Shown here one piece after another: positions 1 through 8,195 of a stretch of DNA of 56,578 bases. The stretch spans positions 1-56,578 of the forward strand of contig JBELLC010000002.1 in NCBI GenBank assembly GCA_042088965.1, read 5' to 3'. The notes under the pieces were generated by a model, which saw nothing but the letters and a program-made list of their open reading frames with translations, was not told the origin of the DNA and ran no database searches. Origin of the DNA: Nisaea sp. (GTDB lineage Bacteria > Pseudomonadota > Alphaproteobacteria > Thalassobaculales > Thalassobaculaceae). Position 1 is the first letter of the stretch. Each line of letters starts with the position of its first letter. Position numbers and translations under genes: made by a program.

Positions 1-139
1 CATCAACCAGGTGTTCAATCCGTTCACGGACATTCAAGCGTCCTGCATTATGCTGACGCGCGAGTTTTTCTTTCCCGCCCATCGCGTAGGCCAATGTTAG
101 CCGTTGCTTTAATTCTTCCAGTTCTGTTTCCCAGCTCAT
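1..139 (-). CDS. Acyl-CoA carboxylase carboxyltransferase (beta) subunit, N-terminal fragment cut by the window edge
   Basis: My translation of the reverse complement from the ATG at 139 gives MSWETELEELKQRLTLAYAMGGKEKLARQHNAGRLNVRERIEHLVD. This is a typical N-terminus for propionyl-/methylcrotonyl-CoA carboxylase beta subunits. A GGGAG Shine-Dalgarno sits 7 nt upstream. It is not in the ORF track because it is shorter than 60 aa. Confidence 0.6.
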   Translation of the reverse strand, partial: MSWETELEELKQRLTLAYAMGGKEKLARQHNAGRLNVRERIEHLVD

Positions 140-152
140 TCCCAACTCCCGA

Positions 153-560
153 TTACCATGTTTCGTCTGGTATAATGTCTTCATCACAGCGCCGATAAAC
201 CAGCGGCGTATTCTCAATACTCCGCAGGTGCAGGCCCCCTATTGGATCAATTAAAAATGCTTGCGCCGGTGTGAATTGCCGTAAGGAACGGCCCGGTTCA
301 ATGTGCAGGCGATCACCCTCGAGGGAATAGATCGAATGATCAATGACTAAATTTCGCTGGCCAACCGATGTCCCAATTGCGGGCAGGACTTTAAAATACC
401 GTCCTTCTCGCAACACCATGACAGCTGTTCCTGCACACACCACCTGACGCGCCTTATTTTGCACCCCCCAAGTGCCGTCCAAATCAAAGGCCATTGCCCC
501 ATTGCCCCCCACCACAAAGGCAGCAGCAATCCCGCATATTGTGGCCCGCCAACCCATCAT
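153..560 (-). CDS. Small hypothetical protein with a predicted signal peptide
   Basis: 135-aa ORF. The N-terminus MMGWRATICGIAAAFVVGGNGAMA|FD looks like a Sec signal with an AxA cleavage site. Its start overlaps the upstream stop in ATGA. Its stop lies 13 nt before the next start. Confidence 0.55.
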   Translation of the reverse strand: MMGWRATICGIAAAFVVGGNGAMAFDLDGTWGVQNKARQVVCAGTAVMVLREGRYFKVLPAIGTSVGQRNLVIDHSIYSLEGDRLHIEPGRSLRQFTPAQAFLIDPIGGLHLRSIENTPLVYRRCDEDIIPDETW

Positions 561-1330
561 TTTTTTGCCATACGGGCCAAAATGGGAGCTAGATATTGGG
601 CCGGTTCATTGGTTGCAAAAGCCCCAGCAAAGGCCTCCACACCGGCCTCAATCGAGGCCTCTAAGGACAAGGTTTCCCAACGGCGCATCAACGCCTTTTG
701 ATCCCGCACCGCTTTGGGTGCCGCATGGCGCAGGGCGTCGGTGGTTTTCGCGACGGTCGAAGACAAGGCATCCGGGGCGACAAGAAACTCTGAAAAGCCC
801 CAAGCTTGGGCGGTCGCTGCGTCAATATTTTCACCTGTCAGCAGCAACCATGATGTCCGCCCCCAGCCCAGCAACCGCGGTAACAAAGCTGCCTCGATAA
901 CAGATGGAATGCCAAGTTTTGTTTCAGGCATTCCAAAGACTGCCCGTGAGCTGATGATACGGATATCACAGGCGGCGACAAACTCCATCCCAGCGCCAAT
1001 GCAATAGCCATCGACGACAGCAATCACTGGCACAGGCAAATCCCGATAGGCCGCAATCATCTCATGGAGGCCACGAATAAAAGCCTCACCCTCGGCGGGG
1101 GATTTCAGATGGCTTAATTCATTCACATCCGCGCCGCCGATAAAGGCGGTATCGCTGGCGCTTTCAACAACCACAGCACGCAAATCTGTGTGCGTTTTCA
1201 GATCCAATGCCACATCGCGGATTTCGGCCGCAAACACCGCTGACAAGGCATTCAGTTTGGCCACCCGATTTAAGATCACATGCGCCACAGGTGCCGTCTC
1301 GCCGCGAATATCAACTTTTACCAAACTCAT
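557..1330 (-). CDS. Enoyl-CoA hydratase/isomerase (crotonase) family protein
   Basis: Crotonase core motifs are present: FIGGADVNEL and DGYCIGAGMEFVAACDIRI...FGMPETKLGIPS. 257 aa. Confidence 0.85.
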   Translation of the reverse strand: MSLVKVDIRGETAPVAHVILNRVAKLNALSAVFAAEIRDVALDLKTHTDLRAVVVESASDTAFIGGADVNELSHLKSPAEGEAFIRGLHEMIAAYRDLPVPVIAVVDGYCIGAGMEFVAACDIRIISSRAVFGMPETKLGIPSVIEAALLPRLLGWGRTSWLLLTGENIDAATAQAWGFSEFLVAPDALSSTVAKTTDALRHAAPKAVRDQKALMRRWETLSLEASIEAGVEAFAGAFATNEPAQYLAPILARMAKK

Positions 1331-2157
1331 GACCCGTCTGCCTCGGACGTCGCGGCAGCCGCTTCAATCACATCTTCTGGCTCCACCCCATGGGCGCGGA
1401 CCAGATCGCGCACCTCATCACCGGCCAGTGCCAAAGCCGCAACGTCAAAGCCACGCAACACCAGGTTCGTGCCGATTTGGCCCATCCGAAAGAATGGATA
1501 ACTGCCGATGTCGATATCTGGGTAGCGGTCCTGTATCGCTTGCAAGCCAGCGGCCACAACCCCCTCACCCAAGGGACACAGAATTGATACAGCGGTTTTT
1601 TTAGCGCCGCCACTGAGCGTTTGCCGCAATTCATCAAACATGCCCTGCATGATCCGTGGCACCCCCGCCATGACATAGACATTTTCAATACGGAATCCGG
1701 GCGCCACCGACACCGGATTATCAATCAGCTCGGCCCCCACAGGAATATTGGCCATGCGCTGGCGCATTTCATTAAATTCAACGCCGGTTTTCTGGTAATG
1801 CGCTGTCAGCCGGCGCATGGCTTCGGGATGGCGGATGACCTCGGCACCAAAAGCCTTGGCGATACAGGCACAGGTAATATCATCATGGGTTGGGCCAATG
1901 CCGCCAGTTGTGAAAACATAATTATACCGGGCGCTTAACGCTTGCACGGCGGTGATAATATCGGTCTCATCATCGCGGACCACCCGGCATTCGCTCATTT
2001 GAATGCCGATTTCATTGAGATTTTCGCCAAGAAAAGCCAGATTGGCATCCTTGGTACGCCCCGATAAAATCTCATTACCAATGATCAACAGGGCTGCTGT
2101 TACCAGTTTTGGTGGCGATTCTGGCTGGTCTGGGGTGGCGGATTTAGATGCGGTCAT
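1327..2157 (-). CDS. CinA-like / MoCF-biosynthesis (molybdopterin-binding) domain protein
   Basis: LLIIGNEILSGRTKDANLAFLGENL and TTGGIGPTHDDIT are the MoaB/MogA/CinA N-terminal domain signature. There is a 4-nt overlap with the downstream crotonase gene. Confidence 0.75.
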   Translation of the reverse strand: MTASKSATPDQPESPPKLVTAALLIIGNEILSGRTKDANLAFLGENLNEIGIQMSECRVVRDDETDIITAVQALSARYNYVFTTGGIGPTHDDITCACIAKAFGAEVIRHPEAMRRLTAHYQKTGVEFNEMRQRMANIPVGAELIDNPVSVAPGFRIENVYVMAGVPRIMQGMFDELRQTLSGGAKKTAVSILCPLGEGVVAAGLQAIQDRYPDIDIGSYPFFRMGQIGTNLVLRGFDVAALALAGDEVRDLVRAHGVEPEDVIEAAAATSEADGS

Positions 2158-2184
2158 GATCAGCTACACACTATAAAAAGGGGT

Positions 2185-2195
2185 GATGGAACGCT
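2185..2195. repeat. Copy 1 of an 11-nt direct repeat, GATGGAACGCT
   Basis: Exact 11-mer. It lies 28-38 nt upstream of the cinA-like start, which is on the opposite strand. Confidence 0.5.
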
Positions 2196-2298
2196 GCGGA
2201 AACGCCTTAAGCGTTTACCACACCGATGGGATATAAGACTTTAATTATAGACGTGATTTTTTCCCCCTGCCAATAGCTGGTGATGATCGACTAAGATG

Positions 2299-2309
2299 GA
2301 TGGAACGCT
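2299..2309. repeat. Copy 2 of the 11-nt direct repeat GATGGAACGCT
   Basis: Exact 11-mer ending immediately before the TTG start of sfsA. Confidence 0.5.
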
Positions 2310-3035
2310 TTGAAACTGCCAAACCCCCTTTACCGCGGCCGCCTGGTCAAACGCTATAAGCGATTTTTAGCCGATGTGGTTCTAGATGATGGCACTGCCT
2401 TGACCGCTCATTGCCCCAACCCTGGGGCAATGACGGGTGTTGCAGCACCTGGGTCGATTGTTTGGCTATCAAAATCAGATAACCCAAAACGCAAGCTTGC
2501 CTTCACCTTTGAACTGATTGAAGTCGACGGCCAGTTGGTCGGCGTCAACACCAATCACCCAAACGCCGTTGTCACAGAAGCTGTCATCGCTGGGCAAATC
2601 CCAGAACTTGGTGGCTATGGCGCACACCGCCGGGAAGTGAAATATGGTGAGAATTCGCGTATTGACTTATTGCTCTCGGATCCAGATCGCGGCCTGTGTT
2701 ATGTGGAGGTGAAAAACGTTCACTTAAAACGTCAGCGCGGGCTTTATCCCGGCGCCGCCGAATTTCCTGATTCCGTTACCAAACGCGGCGCCAAGCATTT
2801 GGCAGAATTGGCGGCGATGGTGGCCGCCGGTCACCGCGCTGTGTCGGTTTATCTGGTTCAACGCATGGATTGTGATGGCTTCAGCCTCGCAGATGACATT
2901 GACCCCGCCTATGCTGCGGCCTTTAAGCACGCGGCCATGCACGGGGTTGAAACTTTAGTCCTCACAGCCAAAATCACCACCGACGAGATTACCGTCGATG
3001 GCCGCTTGCCCCTTGTTGGCGCGGCTTTGCATTGA
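2310..3035 (+). CDS. sfsA: Sugar fermentation stimulation protein SfsA
   Basis: The N-terminus has RGRLVKRYKRFLADV, and the length (241 aa) is typical of SfsA. The start is TTG. Confidence 0.8.
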   Translation: MKLPNPLYRGRLVKRYKRFLADVVLDDGTALTAHCPNPGAMTGVAAPGSIVWLSKSDNPKRKLAFTFELIEVDGQLVGVNTNHPNAVVTEAVIAGQIPELGGYGAHRREVKYGENSRIDLLLSDPDRGLCYVEVKNVHLKRQRGLYPGAAEFPDSVTKRGAKHLAELAAMVAAGHRAVSVYLVQRMDCDGFSLADDIDPAYAAAFKHAAMHGVETLVLTAKITTDEITVDGRLPLVGAALH

Positions 3036-3088
3036 CGCTTGCGCGTAACAGCGCGATAAGATGGCAGAAACTTAAGGTAGCTTCGCTT

Positions 3089-3901
3089 ATGGAACAGCCC
3101 CTCACACCAGAAGAACGACAAATTGAGATTCACCCAGAATCAGGTTTTGACGGCATGCGCAAAGCAGGTCGGCTGGCGGCTGAAACGCTGGATTTCATCA
3201 CCCCGCATGTACGCCCTGGGGTCAGCACTGATGATTTAGATCGGCTGTGCGCACGCTTCATTGAAGAGCGCGGCGGCATCTCAGCGCCGTTAGGTTATAA
3301 AGGTTTTCCGAAATCAATTTGCACCTCTGTAAACCATGTGGTCTGCCATGGTATTCCCGATGCCGGCAAGCGCCTGAAAGACGGCGATATCATTAACATT
3401 GACGTTACCCCAACGGTGAATGGTTGGCATGGTGACAGCAGCCGGATGTTCGCTGTGGGCGATGTTGGCGTGAAAGCCCGGCGCCTGATCGACGTTACCT
3501 ATGAGGCCATGATGCGCGGCATTGCCGCTGCCAAACCAGGGGCAACCCTTGGCGATGTTGGCTATGCGATCCAGAGTTTTGTCGAGGAAAACAGGTTTTC
3601 TGTGGTGCGCGATTTTTGCGGCCATGGCCTGGGGCAGATTTTCCACACGGCCCCAAGCGTGCTGCACTATGGCACGCCCAACAGCGGGGTCAGATTGCGC
3701 CCGGGAATGTTTTTCACCATTGAGCCGATGGTCAATGCTGGGAAATTCCCAGTGAAAATGCTCGATGACGGCTGGACGGCGGTGACCCGTGACCGCTCCC
3801 TTTCCGCACAGTTTGAGCATTCCCTTGCGATCACAGAAGATGGTAACGAGATTTTTACGCTATCGCCTGCTGGTTTTGATAAACCGCCTTATGCCGTTTA
3901 A
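3089..3901 (+). CDS. map: Type I methionine aminopeptidase
   Basis: Motifs GMRKAGRLAAETLD, VCHGIP, DIINIDVT, GHGLG and FTIEPM are present. I moved the start to the ATG at 3089 (MEQPL...), which has AAGG upstream. The ORF-track start at 3032 looks over-extended. Confidence 0.9.
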   Translation: MEQPLTPEERQIEIHPESGFDGMRKAGRLAAETLDFITPHVRPGVSTDDLDRLCARFIEERGGISAPLGYKGFPKSICTSVNHVVCHGIPDAGKRLKDGDIINIDVTPTVNGWHGDSSRMFAVGDVGVKARRLIDVTYEAMMRGIAAAKPGATLGDVGYAIQSFVEENRFSVVRDFCGHGLGQIFHTAPSVLHYGTPNSGVRLRPGMFFTIEPMVNAGKFPVKMLDDGWTAVTRDRSLSAQFEHSLAITEDGNEIFTLSPAGFDKPPYAV

Positions 3902-4024
3902 CGCCGCCGGGCAAGCCGCTTAAGAACCAGGGCAAGATCATAACCACAAGCACCACAGTAAGACCCAGACCGGCGTCCCATGACTGAAATCTGATTGTTC
4001 CCGGCAATGGCCAGCCGGCCTAAT

Positions 4025-4858
4025 CTAGGCGGCGGTAAGAAGACGACGAATTTCCTTTATGGCAATTTTTTGACCCGTAAACAATTCGAAGGCATCAATA
4101 CCTTGATGCAAAAACAGCTCATATCCCGATAAAATTTCGGCTCCTGCCGCCGCAGCGTGGCTTAAAAATAGCGTATCAACAGGCGTATAAATAGCGTCAA
4201 AGGCCCATGTCGGCTGACCGAACACCTCAGCTGGCAGGGGGCAGCCGGGATGATGGTGCATGCCCACTGGCGTGGCATTCACCAAGCCATCCGCTCCCTG
4301 GGTTGCCTGCCCAAGATCATGGCACGCGATCACAGAGCATGGGGCATCGCCCAAATCAGCCGCAACGCGTTCTGCCACCGGCAAATCACGATCATATATC
4401 CGCAGCTCAGAGGCCCCAAGTTGGCATAGACCAGCGGCAATCGGGCGACCAACACCGCCCGCCCCAATGATGGCGACCCGCCCAGGCTTGACCTGGCCAA
4501 AGCGCGCCTGATAAGCGGCCATAAACCCGCTCCAATCGGTATTATGACCTGTCAGGGTGCCGTCTTGGGAAAATAAAATGGTGTTGACCGCACCAATCAT
4601 CGCCACCCCATCACCAAATGCGCTGACCTGTTGGCGGGCCACTGTCTTAAAAGGGTGGGTGACGTTCACGCCGGTGTAGCCTGCATCTCTCAAGCGATAC
4701 AAACACGCCATAAAGGCGTCTGCACCCCGAACATCAAACAACTCATAACTGACCGAGAGGCCCATGAAGGCGCCGCTTAACTGATGCAAACGCGGCGCAG
4801 ATGAACGGCCAATCTCGTGGCCAATCAGGCCCAGCTGAATCATCGAATGGGCAATCAC
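4025..4858 (-). CDS. Shikimate/quinate 5-dehydrogenase family protein (AroE/YdiB-like)
   Basis: GLIGHEIGRSSAPRLH, NVTHPFK, NTDWSGF and IIGAGGVGR match the AroE family layout. The GTG start overlaps the upstream stop (GTGA). Confidence 0.75.
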   Translation of the reverse strand: MIAHSMIQLGLIGHEIGRSSAPRLHQLSGAFMGLSVSYELFDVRGADAFMACLYRLRDAGYTGVNVTHPFKTVARQQVSAFGDGVAMIGAVNTILFSQDGTLTGHNTDWSGFMAAYQARFGQVKPGRVAIIGAGGVGRPIAAGLCQLGASELRIYDRDLPVAERVAADLGDAPCSVIACHDLGQATQGADGLVNATPVGMHHHPGCPLPAEVFGQPTWAFDAIYTPVDTLFLSHAAAAGAEILSGYELFLHQGIDAFELFTGQKIAIKEIRRLLTAA

Positions 4859-6291
4859 GGGCCGGTCGTTTGGCGCTGTAGATCAATGTTAGCTGTAAGC
4901 CCCAAATCAACAACTCCTTCAGCTTGTGCCGAGTCTTCTGCCACCCGAAAAATATCCGCATCAACAATCCGGTGCAAGTAAACCCGATCATCATTACGCG
5001 CTGCTGTCACCGCAACATTGAAAAAATAAGTGCCTTCATTCAACCGACACTCAAAGCCAAAACGAGCGCTACCCTTGGTTCCTTGATCGACAACCTCGCT
5101 TTGAAATTCGACACTGTCGGTGATCATCCCTGCCAAGCCATAACCACTGACCATTTTAATCACCACTTGAAAAGATACCCAATGGGCGTCGTCCGTAAAA
5201 TCAATATCATAGCAAATACTGTAGCGCCGTCCCCGAACCAAGACATTGCAGGGCTCTCCAGCACTGTCCACAAGCCGAACGTTATGAATGACCGCGCCAT
5301 TTTCGGCGTAGACAACCTGGCTGGCTGATTGCATTTCCGGCAAAAACCCTGCCAGCCCCCGATCGGCCTCAGCCACATCGCCAACCGCACCAGCATCGCC
5401 GACATCGCTTCTGTCGCTCGGGTCAGGCGAGACCGCTGCCGGTTTTTGCCGCTTAAGAACAGCGTCTGGATCGTCAACAATGCGCGCCCTAAGCGCATCC
5501 CGCTCAGCCTCTGGGGCGTATAAGACCCGTTGATATAAGGTCAGCGCATCGCGCGGGTTGCCAAAATACAATTGCCTGCCCTGGTCCAGCAAAAGCGCCC
5601 GATCACAGAGCTGCAAAATGGTGCCAGGATGATGGGTAACGAATAAAAGGGTCCCGCCATTGCCGCGAAATCGTTCTAACCGGGCAAAGCATTTACGTTG
5701 AAAGGCTTCATCTCCGACAGAGAGGGCTTCGTCCACGATCAGCACATCGGGATCGACATTGATCGCCAGTGAAAATGCCAAGCGCACAAACATGCCGCTG
5801 GAATAGGTTTTAACCGGCTGGTCGATATAAGCCCCAATCTCTGCAAAATTGACGATATCATCATAGCGCGCCAAAATTTCGTCACGTTTCAGGCCGGCAA
5901 CCGCAGCGGCCACAAAAATATTCTCCCGGCCGGTAAATTCTGGGTTAAAGCCTGCACCAAGTTCCAAAAGCGCTGCCAGACGGCCATGCACTTGAACGGA
6001 TCCTGCACTGGCTTGCAATGTGCCGGCAATGATTTGCAATAGGGTCGATTTACCTGACCCGTTGCGGCCCACAATACCAACTGTTTCACCACGATGGACC
6101 GTGATACCAACATGATCCAGTGCCACAAAACCATCATCTGGCACCGGCAGACTGCCGCCAAAGATCAATCGCAGACTGTTGGCAAAACCCAAGGTCGCCT
6201 GCTTCTGATATACTTTACGCACGCTGTCAGCGCTGACCAAAACATCGCTTGCCGCCAGCGGCGTCATTTCTTTGGCAGAATCTTGCATCAC
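4855..6291 (-). CDS. Polysaccharide/O-antigen-export type ABC ATPase (Wzt/TagH/KpsT-like) with a C-terminal extension domain
   Basis: It has Walker A (GRNGSGKST), the signature YSSGM and Walker B (LIVDEAL). An acidic low-complexity linker follows, then a beta-rich C-terminal domain of about 150 aa, as in Wzt. Confidence 0.8.
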   Translation of the reverse strand: MMQDSAKEMTPLAASDVLVSADSVRKVYQKQATLGFANSLRLIFGGSLPVPDDGFVALDHVGITVHRGETVGIVGRNGSGKSTLLQIIAGTLQASAGSVQVHGRLAALLELGAGFNPEFTGRENIFVAAAVAGLKRDEILARYDDIVNFAEIGAYIDQPVKTYSSGMFVRLAFSLAINVDPDVLIVDEALSVGDEAFQRKCFARLERFRGNGGTLLFVTHHPGTILQLCDRALLLDQGRQLYFGNPRDALTLYQRVLYAPEAERDALRARIVDDPDAVLKRQKPAAVSPDPSDRSDVGDAGAVGDVAEADRGLAGFLPEMQSASQVVYAENGAVIHNVRLVDSAGEPCNVLVRGRRYSICYDIDFTDDAHWVSFQVVIKMVSGYGLAGMITDSVEFQSEVVDQGTKGSARFGFECRLNEGTYFFNVAVTAARNDDRVYLHRIVDADIFRVAEDSAQAEGVVDLGLTANIDLQRQTTGP

Positions 6292-6447
6292 AATCCGTCA
6301 AAAGGTTTTGCCGTTTTTGCGCCGCTGCACAGGTTGATGCAAGTACTTTTCAATTTATCATCACCTGAGGTTATGCCGTAAAAACCAAGCATTGACCCGT
6401 TTGCCAGCTGCTTTACCATCAGCGAAGACGTCCTTGAGGAGCCTCAA

Positions 6448-7818
6448 ATGAACATCGCCACGACCCAAACAGCCATCACCCAACTGGCGGCCGCTGCCAG
6501 TGACATCATGACAGCACGTCCAGCAGACCATGTGATCCATGCTGCCAAACGCTGCGTCATTGACTGGTATGCGACCACCCTGCCTGGCACCACTGACCGC
6601 CCGGCGATGTCCTTGCAAACAGGCCTGAGCGATGAGTTGGGACAGGGCCGCGCCTGGACCCTAAGCGGCCAGCGCGGCGCGGCGCGAACCGTTGCCCTGA
6701 TCAATGCCACCGCCTCACACACGGTTGAATTTGACGATATTTTCGCGCCGGCAATTTACCATCCTGGCAGCCCCACCATCGCTGCGGCCTTGGCAATGGC
6801 CGAAAGCCGAGGGGCCTCTGGATTGGCCTTTCTGCAAGCGATTATCGCAGGCTATGAAATCTCCACCCGGATTGGCGTTGCCCTTGGTCGCCCCCATTAC
6901 CGCTTTTGGCACAATACTGGCACTGTTGGCACCTTTGGCGCGGCGACGGCCGCAGGCCTGCTCGCGGGGCTAACGTCAAGCCAGCTTGCCCATGCACTGG
7001 CGATTGCCGCAACCATGGCTGCCGGCCTTCAGCAAGCCTTTCGCGGCGACACCCAAACCAAGCCTTTGCATGCCGGTCATGCAGCCGATGCTGGGATGGT
7101 TGCTGTCGCTCAAGCTGCGGGCGGCGTTAAAGGGGCGCTAGATATGCTGGAAGCACCAGCAGGTCTGGGGGCCGCGATGAGCGAGAACGTCGATTGGGCC
7201 GCCGCCCTCGCCGATCTCCATAGCCAGAAAAACATTACCCGCATGACGGTGAAAAATCACGGCTGCTGCGGGCATATCTTTCCAGCATTAGACGGCGCAC
7301 TTGCCCTGCAAGCCAGCCATGGCTTTGACGCAAAAGACGTCGCAACGATTGAGGTTGGCGGCTATTCAGCAACTGTTGACGTCACAGGCAATTACATCGC
7401 CGATAGCCCGCCCGCAGCAAAGTTCTGCCTGCCCTTTATTGTCGCGAGTGGCTTGGTGCATGGCAGCATCCGGCTGGACGCCTATGAACCGGCGCGTCTG
7501 ACAGACCCGGTCGTCCGTAGCTTGATGCAGCGGGTGACATTCCATTTAGACCCTGAAATCGATACATTATTTCCGCGCCAACGGGCCGCCAATGTGAAAA
7601 TCACCCTGACAGATGGCCGCCAGCTGACACATTTTCAGCCGCACCGAGTCGGCGATCCGGACCTGCCGTTAGACGACCGGCAGTTAGAAGCAAAATTCAC
7701 AGAACTGGCCAGTACAATCCTCGACAACGCCGCCAGCGATGCCCTATTGGCTGACTTATGGCAGCTTGAGAAACGTCCCAGCATGGCCCGCTCAGACGGC
7801 CCCTTTTCCAACGGGTGA
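6448..7818 (+). CDS. MmgE/PrpD family protein (2-methylcitrate dehydratase-like)
   Basis: 456 aa. The alanine-rich all-helical pattern and the N-terminus (AKRCVIDWYATTL) are typical of PrpD-family proteins. Confidence 0.8.
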   Translation: MNIATTQTAITQLAAAASDIMTARPADHVIHAAKRCVIDWYATTLPGTTDRPAMSLQTGLSDELGQGRAWTLSGQRGAARTVALINATASHTVEFDDIFAPAIYHPGSPTIAAALAMAESRGASGLAFLQAIIAGYEISTRIGVALGRPHYRFWHNTGTVGTFGAATAAGLLAGLTSSQLAHALAIAATMAAGLQQAFRGDTQTKPLHAGHAADAGMVAVAQAAGGVKGALDMLEAPAGLGAAMSENVDWAAALADLHSQKNITRMTVKNHGCCGHIFPALDGALALQASHGFDAKDVATIEVGGYSATVDVTGNYIADSPPAAKFCLPFIVASGLVHGSIRLDAYEPARLTDPVVRSLMQRVTFHLDPEIDTLFPRQRAANVKITLTDGRQLTHFQPHRVGDPDLPLDDRQLEAKFTELASTILDNAASDALLADLWQLEKRPSMARSDGPFSNG

Positions 7819-7819
7819 T

Positions 7820-8032
7820 TTAAAGTGGTAAATCTTCGTCCAGGATGACCATGTGAAAGGCGTATGAAACCTCGCCTTCATCATCATCGCGGTGTAACAC
7901 CCCGAGAAATTCCTCACCCACGTAAACTTCAACCGGGGCCGTTGGCTTCGCGGGTGGTTTCACAGAGAGCAAGTTGTTCCCAAAGACACCACGCAAATAA
8001 TGTTGCAGTCGACCGACATCTTGCGCTTCCAC
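7820..8032 (-). CDS. DUF3126 family small protein
   Basis: The C-terminal 71 aa (VEAQDVGRLQHYLRGVFGNN...VYVGEEFLGVLHRDDDEGEVSYAFHMVILDEDL) match the DUF3126 pattern. A GTG at 8032 is preceded by AAGGAG with a 7-nt spacer. The 112-aa ORF-track version is over-extended. Confidence 0.6.
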   Translation of the reverse strand: MEAQDVGRLQHYLRGVFGNNLLSVKPPAKPTAPVEVYVGEEFLGVLHRDDDEGEVSYAFHMVILDEDLPL

Positions 8033-8195
8033 ACTTTTTCTCCTTCGCAAACACCAACTTTTTCCTGTCGGGGTGTACCATAGATAACGGGGCATCCGAA
8101 AGAGGCAGGTTCGTAAAATATGGCGATAATTGATCTCTTCCCTCGCCATCAGCGTCATGTTTCTATGTCAGCTGAAACGCCCCGGTGGAGCCCTC

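Noticed and set aside
3902-4024. Small minus-strand ORFs between map and the aroE-like gene. One is a 27-aa ATG-initiated peptide with a CGAC motif. The other is a TTG-initiated ORF of about 48 aa with a hydrophobic GLGLTVVLVVMILPWFL segment that overlaps the map 3' end.
   Set aside because: Neither has a Shine-Dalgarno, one needs a non-ATG start, and the second overlaps a confident gene. The evidence is not sufficient without conservation or ribosome-profiling data.
8033-8195. ORF-track extensions of the DUF3126 gene (to 8158) and of the hydrolase gene (from 8130), which overlap each other.
   Set aside because: Internal starts with good Shine-Dalgarno sequences (GTG at 8032 and ATG at 8196) give family-typical lengths. 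The extensions encode Cys/Arg-rich junk.
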